IMG/VR virus record: IMGVR_UViG_3300032227_000570
Span: 1-64,000 of that record
Strand: one strand, 5' to 3'
Origin: a virus
Taxonomy: Duplodnaviria > Caudoviricetes
DNA: 64,000 nucleotides
The translations under genes were made by a program, and so were the position numbers. Within the stretch, counting starts at the first letter, position 1. Every line of letters starts with the position of its first letter. Below are positions 8,403-17,815 of the stretch, in pieces. The notes below the pieces were generated by a model that saw only the letters and a list, made by a program, of their open reading frames with translations, did no database searches and was not told where the DNA came from.

Positions 8403-8811
8403 GTGGCTACTTTAGCATCCCTGGCTACCCTGGTCACTTCGGCTACTGCCTACTAAAAAATACCTTCAACCATGCCTCTGACCTGGCAGACCATTGGCAA
8501 TTTTCCGTTTAAGGGTGGGGGTACTACGCATAAACACGCATGATTACACTCACTACTTGTTTCTAAAGCAAGTTGTTGTTGTTCTATCCATGTGTAAAAC
8601 AACTGTAAATAAATAGTTTGATAGCAGTAGTGATAGCAAGTGTTTGGCTACTGTATTTCAATTACATTGGCTTGTGTTGATACGACCAGACTACAGACAC
8701 ACTTACTTTGTTGTTATCAGATACTTACTACATAACTACTTACTAATTGTTAGTACATACAACTAACTATTTATCTATTGAAAACAATTACTAAATACCA
8801 AGTGATAACAA

Positions 8812-8858
8812 CTATCTATCTATCTATCTGTATCTATCTCTTATCTATTCTCTCTCTA
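8812..8858. repeat. (CTAT)n/(CT)n low-complexity tract
   Basis: ctatctatctatctatctgtatctatctcttatctattctctctcta. Confidence 0.8.
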
Positions 8859-9264
8859 CATAAGTAGTAACAATCATTGTTATTTACTGAAAGGGGCTTC
8901 GCCCCTTTAGAACCCCACCGCTTTAATTCTTAGTAATGTAGTAAAGATAAATAACTCGTCAATCAAACTTCTTTAGAAGTAATTGTTATCTGCCCACAAC
9001 GCTTACTGTGCGACTCGTTAAGAACTTACTAATAGTTAGTTTGCTGTCGCATCTTCGCACTTCAGTTGTTACAGCAACTCAGTTGTTAAATAACTTTCTA
9101 TAAATAAAAAAATAAATAAATAACTTCTATAAACACTTAACGAAACTTCTTTAACTAATTTATTCGTCATGTAACGGGCACTAGCCATCTTGGTCGGGTG
9201 GCGGTGGTGGCGGTGGTAAATCTGACCCCAATTCACGCTCACAACACGCCTAGATTTCCCCGAT

Positions 9265-9294
9265 TAGACAAACTTACCTCGGGTCAGTCATACT
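9265..9294 (+). promoter_or_regulatory. candidate sigmaA-type early promoter
   Basis: TAGACA-N18-CATACT facing the plus-strand gene block. Confidence 0.45.
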
Positions 9295-9678
9295 TCTCTC
9301 ATCAGCCCCTCGGTCGTTGAGCAGGTCGGTGAGATTAGAGAAAATTATTTTTTCTTGTATCTAGTTACGAATTACTAATCGCAATCGTGTGCGAATAAAA
9401 AAATAAATTACGAACTACTTACTTACAGTAAATAATTTTCGTTGTGTTGTTCTTACAAAACACTTCGACAAAACTCTTTGGAACTCACTCGTTGCGGATA
9501 CGAGATAAACCGACACAAACTTATTTGGAAAATAACTTTGGTGCTGATAAATCACAGTTGTTGAAACACAACTCGTTACATACTCAACAATTACTTGCAA
9601 CGCTAAATGCGTTAATGCAATTAGTTGCTCTGTTTCTCTGTAATGCAATTACTTACCTTGCGTAAATAAATAAATACG

Positions 9679-9721
9679 CACTATCGCAATCTGTAACACC
9701 AATTCACAGATTGCGGTGGTG
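9679..9721 (+). other. 16-bp RNA stem-loop in the leader of the first early gene
   Basis: cactatcgcaatctgt/acagattgcggtggtg; two G.U pairs that form only on the + strand. Confidence 0.6.
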
Positions 9722-9778
9722 TGTAGTTATGAACGAACTGCACAACAACAACAACAACTACTAACGATTGGTAAATAC

Positions 9779-10261
9779 ATGACACGCACACTCACTACTT
9801 CACTAATCCGTAACACAACAACAACAACTACAACTGGTAACAAAATCTCTTACAACTATCCAAACTCTCGTAACGGTTTATCCGATACTTACTCTGTTCT
9901 CGGTTTAATTGTTTCTACAGAAACAACTAAGGAACGAGGTTGGAACTTGTACGAAACTTCAATTCGTGTTGCATACAAGGGTCACTACACACCTGACGGA
10001 TTTAGTGAGTGGCTAAAGGAATACAAAACTTCTTTAGGTATTGGTACTGGTAGTCGTTTCGTTATTCACTCTGAACACATTGAAAATCACTCAGCAAATA
10101 AAATTGCTAAGGCACACGAACTTAGTGTTCTCATTGGTGAGTCTTATGTATTAACAATTATCAACAAGTACATTGAACTTCTATTTAACTCTGTAAATAA
10201 AGAAACAATCGTTCGTCAAATTGACGAACTAACTTCACAACTACAGAAAGTGAGTGCGTAA
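9779..10261 (+). CDS. hypothetical early protein
   Basis: ORF track; ATG 9779 preferred after the (CAA)n tract. Confidence 0.65.
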   Translation: MTRTLTTSLIRNTTTTTTTGNKISYNYPNSRNGLSDTYSVLGLIVSTETTKERGWNLYETSIRVAYKGHYTPDGFSEWLKEYKTSLGIGTGSRFVIHSEHIENHSANKIAKAHELSVLIGESYVLTIINKYIELLFNSVNKETIVRQIDELTSQLQKVSA

Positions 10262-10263
10262 CT

Positions 10264-10467
10264 ATGTACGACAAAGTAACTGTTTCTGATGTACGCAATT
10301 CTTTTACATACTCTCGTCAGTTAATGCGTGACTTCATTGAACTATCTAAAACTGCAACCGAGTTTGATAACGATAGTGAAATCGGTCAGTTGGTTAATGA
10401 ACTAATTGCTAACGCTTCAATCGCACAATCGTTTCTTGATTACAAACTATCAAAGGGGAATAAATAA
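10264..10467 (+). CDS. hypothetical protein
   Basis: Tightly packed operon. Confidence 0.7.
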   Translation: MYDKVTVSDVRNSFTYSRQLMRDFIELSKTATEFDNDSEIGQLVNELIANASIAQSFLDYKLSKGNK

Positions 10468-10752
10468 ATGAGCGTACAAAATTACAACGAGTTATCAGAA
10501 CACTTTGGACACCCGATTGAAATTGCTATGTACGGCGTTGATACAAACTTAGCGATTGAGTGTGTTCCTTGTAGTGAAGTGTTACTCGACTTTGATAACG
10601 AGGACACAACAACACCAACAATTACGATTGACTTTAATGACGCTTCGTTTCTTTCAATCGTTCTTGATAAATGGATAAATGAAAATGAAATAACACCAAC
10701 AGAACACATGAACGAACTGCTAAAGAAACTACAGGGAGAGGAACTCTGCTAA
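10468..10752 (+). CDS. hypothetical protein
   Basis: EHFGHPIEIAMYG...LAIECVPCSEVLLD, conserved-looking phage motif. Confidence 0.7.
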   Translation: MSVQNYNELSEHFGHPIEIAMYGVDTNLAIECVPCSEVLLDFDNEDTTTPTITIDFNDASFLSIVLDKWINENEITPTEHMNELLKKLQGEELC

Positions 10753-10940
10753 TGAAACTAACAAACCGAGGCATTGTTGTTCTCATTGTTATTCCGATAC
10801 TTCTTGTTGTATCGCTATTCACTTATGTAACTAGAGATACTTGTTATGTAGGTACTGATAAACCGTATGCAAACTTTATTGGTTACGGTTCATGCAAATT
10901 ATTTATTGACGAAGCAATTACTAATGGGGGCAACAAGTGA
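10752..10940 (+). CDS. membrane-anchored protein
   Basis: MKLTNRG + TM helix; TAATG coupling. Confidence 0.7.
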   Translation: MKLTNRGIVVLIVIPILLVVSLFTYVTRDTCYVGTDKPYANFIGYGSCKLFIDEAITNGGNK

Positions 10941-11200
10941 GTAAAACTTTCAAGGATAAGAAAACTAAATACCTAACTGCTAAAGAAACAACAACTACAC
11001 ACTTGCGAACAAAGTGTGTTGAAAGAGATTGCGATTACTGTTTCGCAATTCCAAAAGTAAATCGCAAAACAAGAGAGCGACTTGCGATTGAGTTTGAGTT
11101 ATCAAGTTACAACTTGCTTGTTGCAAGTGACGCTCTAAAAGAAATCATGCTCGGGCTAGAAAATCCGCTAACAACAACAACAACGAAAGAGGCAAACTAA
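10937..11200 (+). CDS. hypothetical protein
   Basis: GTGA overlap; H..C..CxxC. Confidence 0.65.
   Translation: MSKTFKDKKTKYLTAKETTTTHLRTKCVERDCDYCFAIPKVNRKTRERLAIEFELSSYNLLVASDALKEIMLGLENPLTTTTTKEAN
11151..11173 (+). promoter_or_regulatory. TCGGGATAGAAAA-family motif (extended copy)
   Basis: tcgggctagaaaatccgctaaca, near-identical to 16159. Confidence 0.6.
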
Positions 11201-11202
11201 CC

Positions 11203-12606
11203 ATGTCAAACACAACAACAACTCCGTACTCTGTTCTAATCACTTCACAATCACCTGTCGTTGGCACACTTCGCCAATACTTAGTTGTTGCTAATACAAC
11301 AACTGATGTTCGTGTATGGACTCGCACAACAAACGGCGGTCGTGGTGAGAGCAACGCTTGGTTCGATAGTAGTTACCAAGAGTTGCTACAACTTACTTAC
11401 GGTGATGAAAGCATTGTTGGCGAAATCCTTTCGTCACCACTATCTATTGTTGATGAGCAAGCAATAGAAAGTAATACACGACCAAACATACTTCTACAGA
11501 AACTAACAAAGCAGTTTGGTTTGCGACAACAGACAATTAGCAATCGCAAACTTGCTGATGTTGTTGTTGAAGTCGAGCAACTTATTTCACAGAACCCATT
11601 GAAGTTATCTAAGTATCGTTCTGACGGTCGTTCTGATAAGTCTGCTATCGCAACACAAACACCTGCACCGCAATCACTACCTGTGCAAGTTGTTCGTGTT
11701 CCTGCACCGCAACCTCTCGGGGTAGAAACTTCTGTAGAAGTTAATGGTGAGTTTGTTGCACTTATCCCTAGTGCTGAAAGCGTTGCAGGTTATGTAACTC
11801 GTACCTTTGATGATGGTGTTGATGAAGTTGCGTTCTATGACTTCGCAATCAAACACAAAATCAACATCATGATTGAAGGTGAAGCAGGTACAGGTAAAAC
11901 AACTTCTGCAAAGCACTATGCGTATCTCCGACAGTTACCGTTCTATTCGTTCTCGTCTAGTGTCGGTGCTGAATACTCACAGTTGTTTGGCAAAGTTATT
12001 ATCGGTGATGACGGCAAACCAACATGGCAAGACGGTGCAATTACACAACTTTGGAAAACAGGTGGTGTATTGCTAATTGACGAAGCAAACTTCTTGCCAC
12101 CAAAACTTGCTTCTGCACTTCACAACGGTCTTGATGATAACCGCAATCTAACTTTGCTTGACCACAAGGGCGAAGTAATCAAGGCTCACCCAAACTTGTT
12201 AGTGCTTGCTTCGTACAACGAAGGTTATCGAGGTACTAACAAAATGAACCAAGCGTTCGCAGACCGTTTTACTAAGTTGCGTTTCGCTTATGACATCAAC
12301 ATTGAAAAGAAGTTTATTCCTTCTAAATCATTGTTGGAGTTGTTCCAATCTATGCGAGCAGACGCATTGAGTGGTTTGTATGAAACACCACTATCAACTC
12401 GTTTGCTAAAGAAGTTTGTGTTACTTGCAAAAGAAGTCGGTTACAACTTTGCAGTTACAGAACTTCTAAATAACTTCGCTGATGATGAGCGTGGTTCTGT
12501 TCGTATGTTGTTTGAGGCAAAGCGACACAACATTATGAGCGAACTCGGTTTCACAGTTGAAAGTATCTCTGTTGATACAGGTGATGAAGCATTAGTTAAT
12601 AACTAA
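11203..12606 (+). CDS. MoxR/CbbQ/NorQ/CobS-like AAA+ ATPase
   Basis: Walker A GEAGTGKT, WQDG, Walker B LLIDEAN, AHPN..ASYN.GY.GT..MNQAFADRF. Confidence 0.9.
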   Translation: MSNTTTTPYSVLITSQSPVVGTLRQYLVVANTTTDVRVWTRTTNGGRGESNAWFDSSYQELLQLTYGDESIVGEILSSPLSIVDEQAIESNTRPNILLQKLTKQFGLRQQTISNRKLADVVVEVEQLISQNPLKLSKYRSDGRSDKSAIATQTPAPQSLPVQVVRVPAPQPLGVETSVEVNGEFVALIPSAESVAGYVTRTFDDGVDEVAFYDFAIKHKINIMIEGEAGTGKTTSAKHYAYLRQLPFYSFSSSVGAEYSQLFGKVIIGDDGKPTWQDGAITQLWKTGGVLLIDEANFLPPKLASALHNGLDDNRNLTLLDHKGEVIKAHPNLLVLASYNEGYRGTNKMNQAFADRFTKLRFAYDINIEKKFIPSKSLLELFQSMRADALSGLYETPLSTRLLKKFVLLAKEVGYNFAVTELLNNFADDERGSVRMLFEAKRHNIMSELGFTVESISVDTGDEALVNN

Positions 12607-12617
12607 TTGCTAAAGAA

Positions 12618-12654
12618 GTTGTGGTGGTGAGTTGTTGTTGCTCACCACCACAAC
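12618..12654 (+). terminator. perfect 14-bp stem-loop without U-tract
   Basis: gttgtggtggtgag/ctcaccaccacaac. Confidence 0.55.
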
Positions 12655-12668
12655 ACCGCAAAATAATT

Positions 12669-12681
12669 TCGGGATAGAAAA
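12669..12681 (+). promoter_or_regulatory. TCGGGATAGAAAA motif
   Basis: Exact copy 40 bp before the vWA start. Confidence 0.6.
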
Positions 12682-12708
12682 AATACACACACTATCGAGA
12701 GGCAAAAA

Positions 12709-14712
12709 ATGATACCTGCAACACCACAACTATCACAAGAAACAATCACTAAAGAACAAGCACTTGCAAATCAGAAGCGTGACAAACTAACACGACTTGC
12801 ACAGGTGTTTAGTCGTGCAAACTCTGTACTCACTTCACGACTTATCAAGGTTCATGTTGTTGATGATAAGCAAAAGAACGCACCTGCTTGGTCAGGTGCT
12901 AGTGATGTTTATTTCAACTCTGCACAAGTGCGTGATGAGTTTGACGCACAATCTTTGTTATCACTACAAGGATTAAACTTTCACGAACTTGCTCATGTTC
13001 GTTACACACCACGCAACGGTACTGAAATCTGTCGCTGGGTCATTGAGGAAAACAAGTGGCAAGCGTTCAACGCACTAGAGGACATGAGAATTGAAGGCTT
13101 GTTAGTTTCTCGTTTCCCTAGCGTTGCTAACTGGCTTACTGCAACTGTTCTCGATTACTTAGTGCGTGAGGAAAAAGCAATCACAACTTTGTATGCACTT
13201 GTTCGTGGTCGCAGATACCTACCAATCGAAATCCGCACTATGGCTAGAGAGAACTACGCAATTCAATCTGACTTAGATGAGTTGTGTGATGTTGTTGATA
13301 GTTACCGCAAGTTGTTGTTCCCCGAGGATACAGAAGTTGCTAAAGAACTTATCACTCGCTATCACAACTTGTTAGAAAACTTGCCAATCATTGACCAACC
13401 ACAAAACGGTAGTGGTAACGGTGAAGGTGGAGAAGGCGAAGGTACAACAACAGTTACCGTTCGTATCTATGACCCTAACGGTCATGCAGACCGACCAACA
13501 CAAGGTGTCGAGTCAAGCAACTCACGACCTGCACCAAAGTCAGAGCAAGTACAAGACCGAGATAACTTGCCTGATGTTGCTGATAGTGATGAAAGCAAAA
13601 CCGCTAAATCAAAATCAGATGTTGTTGTTGATGTTTCTTTAGAAGCAGAACCAACAACAGAACAATCAACACCAACAACACCACAACCAACTTCTGATGA
13701 TGTTGATGATGTTGATGATGTTGATACTGACTTTGATGATGAGTTTGACTTTGATGATGAGGACTTCAACTCTGACTCTGACTCTGATAAGTCTGACTCT
13801 GTTTCTAATACAAACGGTGGCAACGGAATTGGTACTGGTACTGATGATGTTGCTAAAGACAATCAAGTTATCAACGACTTGTTAGATGAAATCGTTGATG
13901 AACTTTCTAAAGAACTTGACCGTCTATCCGTACAAGTAAATGGCTCACCACTACTCACAGGCAACGGTGCTAAAGAACCTAGCAAGGCTGATTACAACGA
14001 AGTACCTGTACCACAGGACTTGTATCTAGTTGCTAAGTCTTTCGCAAAAGAACTAGAGCGACTTCGTGCTAACTATGACCCTGCTTGGAATAAGCAAGTT
14101 GATAGTGGTCGCTTAAATGTTGCTCGTTATCTTAACGGTGATGATTTCGATACCGTCTTTGATGAGTGGCAAGAAGGTCGTGATGATGTAACTGCTATAG
14201 AAGCAGTTATCTGTCTTGACTATTCAGGAAGCATGAGTGGTTCTAATGCTGATAATGCTTACAAGTCTATGTGGGCAATTAAGAAGGCGTTAGAAAATGT
14301 AAATGCTCGTACAACAGTTGTGTTGTTTGACCACAACACAAGACTTCTTTACGGTGCTGATGAAAAGGCAGGTAAAACTATTCGTGACGGTGGTGCGAAC
14401 GGTGGTACTGACCCCGAGGAAGCGTTGTTGTATGCACAAAATGTTCTCGCTAATTCAGAACAACCAATCAAGATGTTGTTCATGATTACTGACGGACATT
14501 GGGATAGTCCTAAAGGTGAGGAAGCAGTACGCACCATGAAGCAAGCAGGTGTCCTTACTTGCCAATCACTAATCGGTTTCGGTTCAAGAGATTTAGAACC
14601 TTACCGTCACTCGTTCGAGTTGCTCGCTGGTGTTGAGAACGCAAGAAGCCTTCTCTCATTGGGTCGTGACCTAGTGCGACTTGCTATCGCACGACAGTTA
14701 GTAACTCGCTAA
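12709..14712 (+). CDS. CobT-like vWA protein with N-terminal HExxH domain and acidic linker
   Basis: HELAH, FNALEDMRIE, MIDAS DYSGS...GGT...ITDG; adjacent to the AAA+ gene. Confidence 0.9.
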   Translation: MIPATPQLSQETITKEQALANQKRDKLTRLAQVFSRANSVLTSRLIKVHVVDDKQKNAPAWSGASDVYFNSAQVRDEFDAQSLLSLQGLNFHELAHVRYTPRNGTEICRWVIEENKWQAFNALEDMRIEGLLVSRFPSVANWLTATVLDYLVREEKAITTLYALVRGRRYLPIEIRTMARENYAIQSDLDELCDVVDSYRKLLFPEDTEVAKELITRYHNLLENLPIIDQPQNGSGNGEGGEGEGTTTVTVRIYDPNGHADRPTQGVESSNSRPAPKSEQVQDRDNLPDVADSDESKTAKSKSDVVVDVSLEAEPTTEQSTPTTPQPTSDDVDDVDDVDTDFDDEFDFDDEDFNSDSDSDKSDSVSNTNGGNGIGTGTDDVAKDNQVINDLLDEIVDELSKELDRLSVQVNGSPLLTGNGAKEPSKADYNEVPVPQDLYLVAKSFAKELERLRANYDPAWNKQVDSGRLNVARYLNGDDFDTVFDEWQEGRDDVTAIEAVICLDYSGSMSGSNADNAYKSMWAIKKALENVNARTTVVLFDHNTRLLYGADEKAGKTIRDGGANGGTDPEEALLYAQNVLANSEQPIKMLFMITDGHWDSPKGEEAVRTMKQAGVLTCQSLIGFGSRDLEPYRHSFELLAGVENARSLLSLGRDLVRLAIARQLVTR

Positions 14713-14714
14713 TA

Positions 14715-14776
14715 AATAAACAAGTTGCCTCACTTGTTTATTAGTGGCAGGGGTATCCGTTCAATACCCCTGCCAC
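14715..14776 (+). terminator. tandem stem-loops
   Basis: aataaacaagt/acttgtttatt then gtggcaggggtat/atacccctgccac. Confidence 0.55.
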
Positions 14777-14780
14777 CCTC

Positions 14781-14793
14781 TCGGGATAGAAAA
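14781..14793 (+). promoter_or_regulatory. TCGGGATAGAAAA motif
   Basis: Exact copy directly after the hairpin. Confidence 0.6.
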
Positions 14794-14833
14794 AATAAAT
14801 CGCACACAACTTCTATAGAAAGCAGGTATCAAA

Positions 14834-15421
14834 ATGAAACTATCACTACTCGCAGTTGGTAAGACATACGCAGTTGTTCCTTCATGGGGATACAACTCTC
14901 AAAGTGCAAGAGATGTAAATACTGTTCGTGAAAATGATGTTGTAAAAGCAGAACTTATTTCACTTGATAAGTATGACTACAGACCTTCTACAAGAAAACC
15001 TGATACAACACACTTTAGTTTGGCAAAACAAGGTGAGCGTTCTGTCGGTGTAATCATGAAAGGTAATGACGGTACAAACGACTTCTATTGGACGGCACGA
15101 CTCGCAGACATTGTTGAGGAGTGGTCAAAACTAGAACCTGTTTGGAACGCAAAGAACGCAGAGCAAGCAGAGCGTGAGCGACTAGAACAAGAACAACGAG
15201 CAGTTGGCGAACGCATACACGCACAGGCAACGGCTCATGCTGAACGACTAAAGGACTCTGTACCGCAATCTATTAGCGACTTGATTGGTAAGCGTTGCGG
15301 TCGTGTAACAGTAGAAGTAAATGGTTACAGAGAACAGGCAGTTGCAGTTGCAACAATCAACCTATCCGACTTGGAAACCTTGTTGGAACTAGCGTACGAA
15401 GGAAAGGTACAGGTGGCATAA
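14834..15421 (+). CDS. hypothetical protein
   Basis: ORF track; RBS-like gaaagcagg. Confidence 0.75.
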   Translation: MKLSLLAVGKTYAVVPSWGYNSQSARDVNTVRENDVVKAELISLDKYDYRPSTRKPDTTHFSLAKQGERSVGVIMKGNDGTNDFYWTARLADIVEEWSKLEPVWNAKNAEQAERERLEQEQRAVGERIHAQATAHAERLKDSVPQSISDLIGKRCGRVTVEVNGYREQAVAVATINLSDLETLLELAYEGKVQVA

Positions 15422-15589
15422 ATGGAATACACAATCACACTAACTAGCGAGCAGTTATCACTTGTAATGAAGTCACTCGGTCGTGAGAAGTCACGACTTA
15501 ATCAAGGTGGGTTCTATCACTCTGCTCACTATGTATCCGACTTACTTGCACACTTCACTAACAACGCAAAAGAAAAGGTGACCTCATGA
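15422..15589 (+). CDS. hypothetical protein (55 aa)
   Basis: Manual ORF MEYTITLTSEQLSLVMKSLGRE...; ATGA overlap with next gene. Confidence 0.65.
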   Translation: MEYTITLTSEQLSLVMKSLGREKSRLNQGGFYHSAHYVSDLLAHFTNNAKEKVTS

Positions 15590-15840
15590 AGTTGCTAAAG
15601 AAGGACAAACTAGAAAACTATCTATTGAAACAAGACATAGCAGAAACAACTCTGTCTGCTATTGAGTTTCTAAATCCTGAATTAGATAATGATGATGTTG
15701 TATCTATCTATGTTCAGATGTTGTTGTCTGTTGTATCTAAAAAAGAACTTACAAAAATGCGTGACAGTTTAGTTTCTTTAGCAGATACAAAAGTAAAAGA
15801 AGTAAAACAGTTATACAAAATCTATGAGAGGAGTAACTGA
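15586..15840 (+). CDS. hypothetical protein
   Basis: Coupled ORF. Confidence 0.7.
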   Translation: MKLLKKDKLENYLLKQDIAETTLSAIEFLNPELDNDDVVSIYVQMLLSVVSKKELTKMRDSLVSLADTKVKEVKQLYKIYERSN

Positions 15841-16157
15841 TGTACGACTTATCAAGACCCGACAAACCAATCAAGCGTTACTTTGTAGCAGTATCAAGTA
15901 ACGGTCAATACTATGCGTTCCGTTCAAGTGAGAGCCGTATCTATACCTATGCGTGTATCGCTACACAAGGTAATCAGTACGACTCGTATGCTTACTGGCA
16001 CTCACGAAAAGATTTAGGTGAGAAGCAACTTCGTCAATGCCAAAAGTACAACTCTATCTATGAACTCGTTGAGGTTAAAGAAGTTACCTCTAAAGAGTTT
16101 GTACAAATCAAAAGAACTCTAATGAGAGAGTTAATCTCACAAACAGTAAGCAAGTAA
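15840..16157 (+). CDS. hypothetical protein
   Basis: Coupled ORF. Confidence 0.7.
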   Translation: MYDLSRPDKPIKRYFVAVSSNGQYYAFRSSESRIYTYACIATQGNQYDSYAYWHSRKDLGEKQLRQCQKYNSIYELVEVKEVTSKEFVQIKRTLMRELISQTVSK

Positions 16158-16158
16158 T

Positions 16159-16181
16159 TCGGAATAGAAAATCCGCTAACA
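16159..16181 (+). promoter_or_regulatory. TCGGGATAGAAAA-family motif (extended copy)
   Basis: tcggaatagaaaatccgctaaca. Confidence 0.6.
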
Positions 16182-16197
16182 GAAAGTAGGTAACACC

Positions 16198-16887
16198 ATG
16201 ACAACACCAACTAAAACACACAAGCGAGCAGGTTCTAAAGCAGGTAATCAGTACGGAACTTTCAAGGTTCGTACTATCACAAACGCACAGGTCAATTTCC
16301 TAAAGAAGTTGCTAGAACAAAAGAAGCATGATGTAGATGTTTCTGCTATCAACTTTGATGAGATAAATGTTCAGTTTGGTACAGAACTAATTGACCGACT
16401 TATCAAGGCAGAGGATAAGTACGAACGCATGGCAAGTGAGCGACAGGTTTCGTTCGTCAAGTCACTTGCTCAAAATAAGATTGGCGGTGAAATCTTGTTA
16501 GGTCTATTAGAACAACGAGAACTAACTGCTAAAGAAGCAAGCACTTGGATTGAGCAACTAAAGAACTCTGCAAATGCTCGGTCAATTACTATCACCGATA
16601 CAGGTGCATACCGATACAACGGTGTTGTTTATTCTGTTCGCAAAGGTCGGCAGAGTGGCAACTGGCAAGTGTTCTCACTTAGTGCAGAAACTAATAAGTG
16701 GGAGTACGACAAGAGTGCGTACAAGTATCTGTATTACATACAGGATAGCGACCGACTAACTCTTGATGAGGCTATCGAAGCAAGCGGTCAGACAGGCTCA
16801 TGCGTTCATTGTGGGCTAACACTTACCGCAGTTAAGTCTGTTGCTGGTGGCATGGGTTCTACTTGCTCTAAGAAGTATCGGAACTAA
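16198..16887 (+). CDS. protein with helical repeats and C-terminal Zn finger (DUF6011-like)
   Basis: TNAQVNFLKKL/SERQVSFVKSL repeats; CVHCGLTLT..SV.GGMGSTC. Confidence 0.7.
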   Translation: MTTPTKTHKRAGSKAGNQYGTFKVRTITNAQVNFLKKLLEQKKHDVDVSAINFDEINVQFGTELIDRLIKAEDKYERMASERQVSFVKSLAQNKIGGEILLGLLEQRELTAKEASTWIEQLKNSANARSITITDTGAYRYNGVVYSVRKGRQSGNWQVFSLSAETNKWEYDKSAYKYLYYIQDSDRLTLDEAIEASGQTGSCVHCGLTLTAVKSVAGGMGSTCSKKYRN

Positions 16888-16889
16888 TC

Positions 16890-17192
16890 ATGGCTACAAC
16901 TGCTAAAGAACTTATCGAAAACATAAAGAAATGGTTTCCTGATGAGAACGAGTTGGTTCATTGTTTGGGGATTGTTTCTAAAGCAGAGTTTCTTGAAAGT
17001 GCGTATGAACAACACGACTTACCTGAAAATTGGGTAATGCCTGATGATGTGTTTATCGCAATTTCTAACTCTATTGACGGTTGTGAAAACTCTCTCGAAC
17101 ACTTGTGGGAGGACATAACAGATGTCGGTAATGAAGCAATACAAGATTACATAAATGAAACTTCTAAAGAACAAGAACTATGGGAGGCGTAA
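16890..17192 (+). CDS. acidic hypothetical protein ending EQELWEA
   Basis: ORF track. Confidence 0.7.
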   Translation: MATTAKELIENIKKWFPDENELVHCLGIVSKAEFLESAYEQHDLPENWVMPDDVFIAISNSIDGCENSLEHLWEDITDVGNEAIQDYINETSKEQELWEA

Positions 17193-17296
17193 TGCGTTGC
17201 AAAGAGTGTGGTGCAAAGATTACTTACGAGAGCATGACCGAGAGAGGAACTTGGTCATGCTCTGATTGTGGGTTCGATACAGGAGTGGAGGACTAA
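17192..17296 (+). CDS. 34-aa Zn-ribbon peptide
   Basis: MRCKECGAKITY...WSCSDCGFD; TAATG at both ends; manual call. Confidence 0.65.
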   Translation: MRCKECGAKITYESMTERGTWSCSDCGFDTGVED

Positions 17297-17808
17297 TGCC
17301 GTTTGATAGTAATGCTGATTGGTTATCTGATTGGTCGCATGGGTTTCGTATTCCGTCACAACATGGTTTCGGGATAGAAGTTTTTGCTGGTGGTCTAACA
17401 CCTGCTAGACAAGACAGTAATTGGTATAGCGGTGCGGTAGCCAAGATTACTAATACTAGAGAAAACCCAACCAACACAATTTCTATAGAAGCAGTAGGCG
17501 AAATTAAACTCACCTATTACCCTGATACAAACAACAAAACAAACTACGAGACTCACTTCTCGTTTGATGAATTAAACCCAAACAGATTTACTGATGATAA
17601 GTCTGTACATGAAGCAATAGAACAAGGTCGTATCGAGTTTGCTCATAACAACTGGTATGAGTGTTATGACGATTTAGATGATAACTATTGCGGACAATCA
17701 CACGACACTTTAGATGAGGCACTTCTTTGTGCTACAGAAACCCTATCTGCTAAAGCATACATACAGTTACAAGAGGAAAACCTAGACAAACAACTATGGG
17801 AGGCATGA
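17296..17808 (+). CDS. hypothetical protein ending KQLWEA
   Basis: Start reassigned to ATG 17296 (coupled, ggagg RBS). Confidence 0.7.
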   Translation: MPFDSNADWLSDWSHGFRIPSQHGFGIEVFAGGLTPARQDSNWYSGAVAKITNTRENPTNTISIEAVGEIKLTYYPDTNNKTNYETHFSFDELNPNRFTDDKSVHEAIEQGRIEFAHNNWYECYDDLDDNYCGQSHDTLDEALLCATETLSAKAYIQLQEENLDKQLWEA

Positions 17809-17815
17809 ACACCTT

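Larger units (their letters stand above)
8420..9778. other. long AT-rich non-coding region at the strand-divergence point
   Basis: No credible ORF; genes diverge on both sides; many hairpins. Confidence 0.7.

Noticed and set aside
9180-9340. Possible tRNA in the GC-richer patch of the non-coding region
   Set aside because: No cloverleaf, T-loop GTTCRA or acceptor stem could be built.
9415-9665. ORF-track ORFs 9415-9648 and 9444-9665
   Set aside because: No RBS, atypical composition; better explained as structured non-coding sequence.
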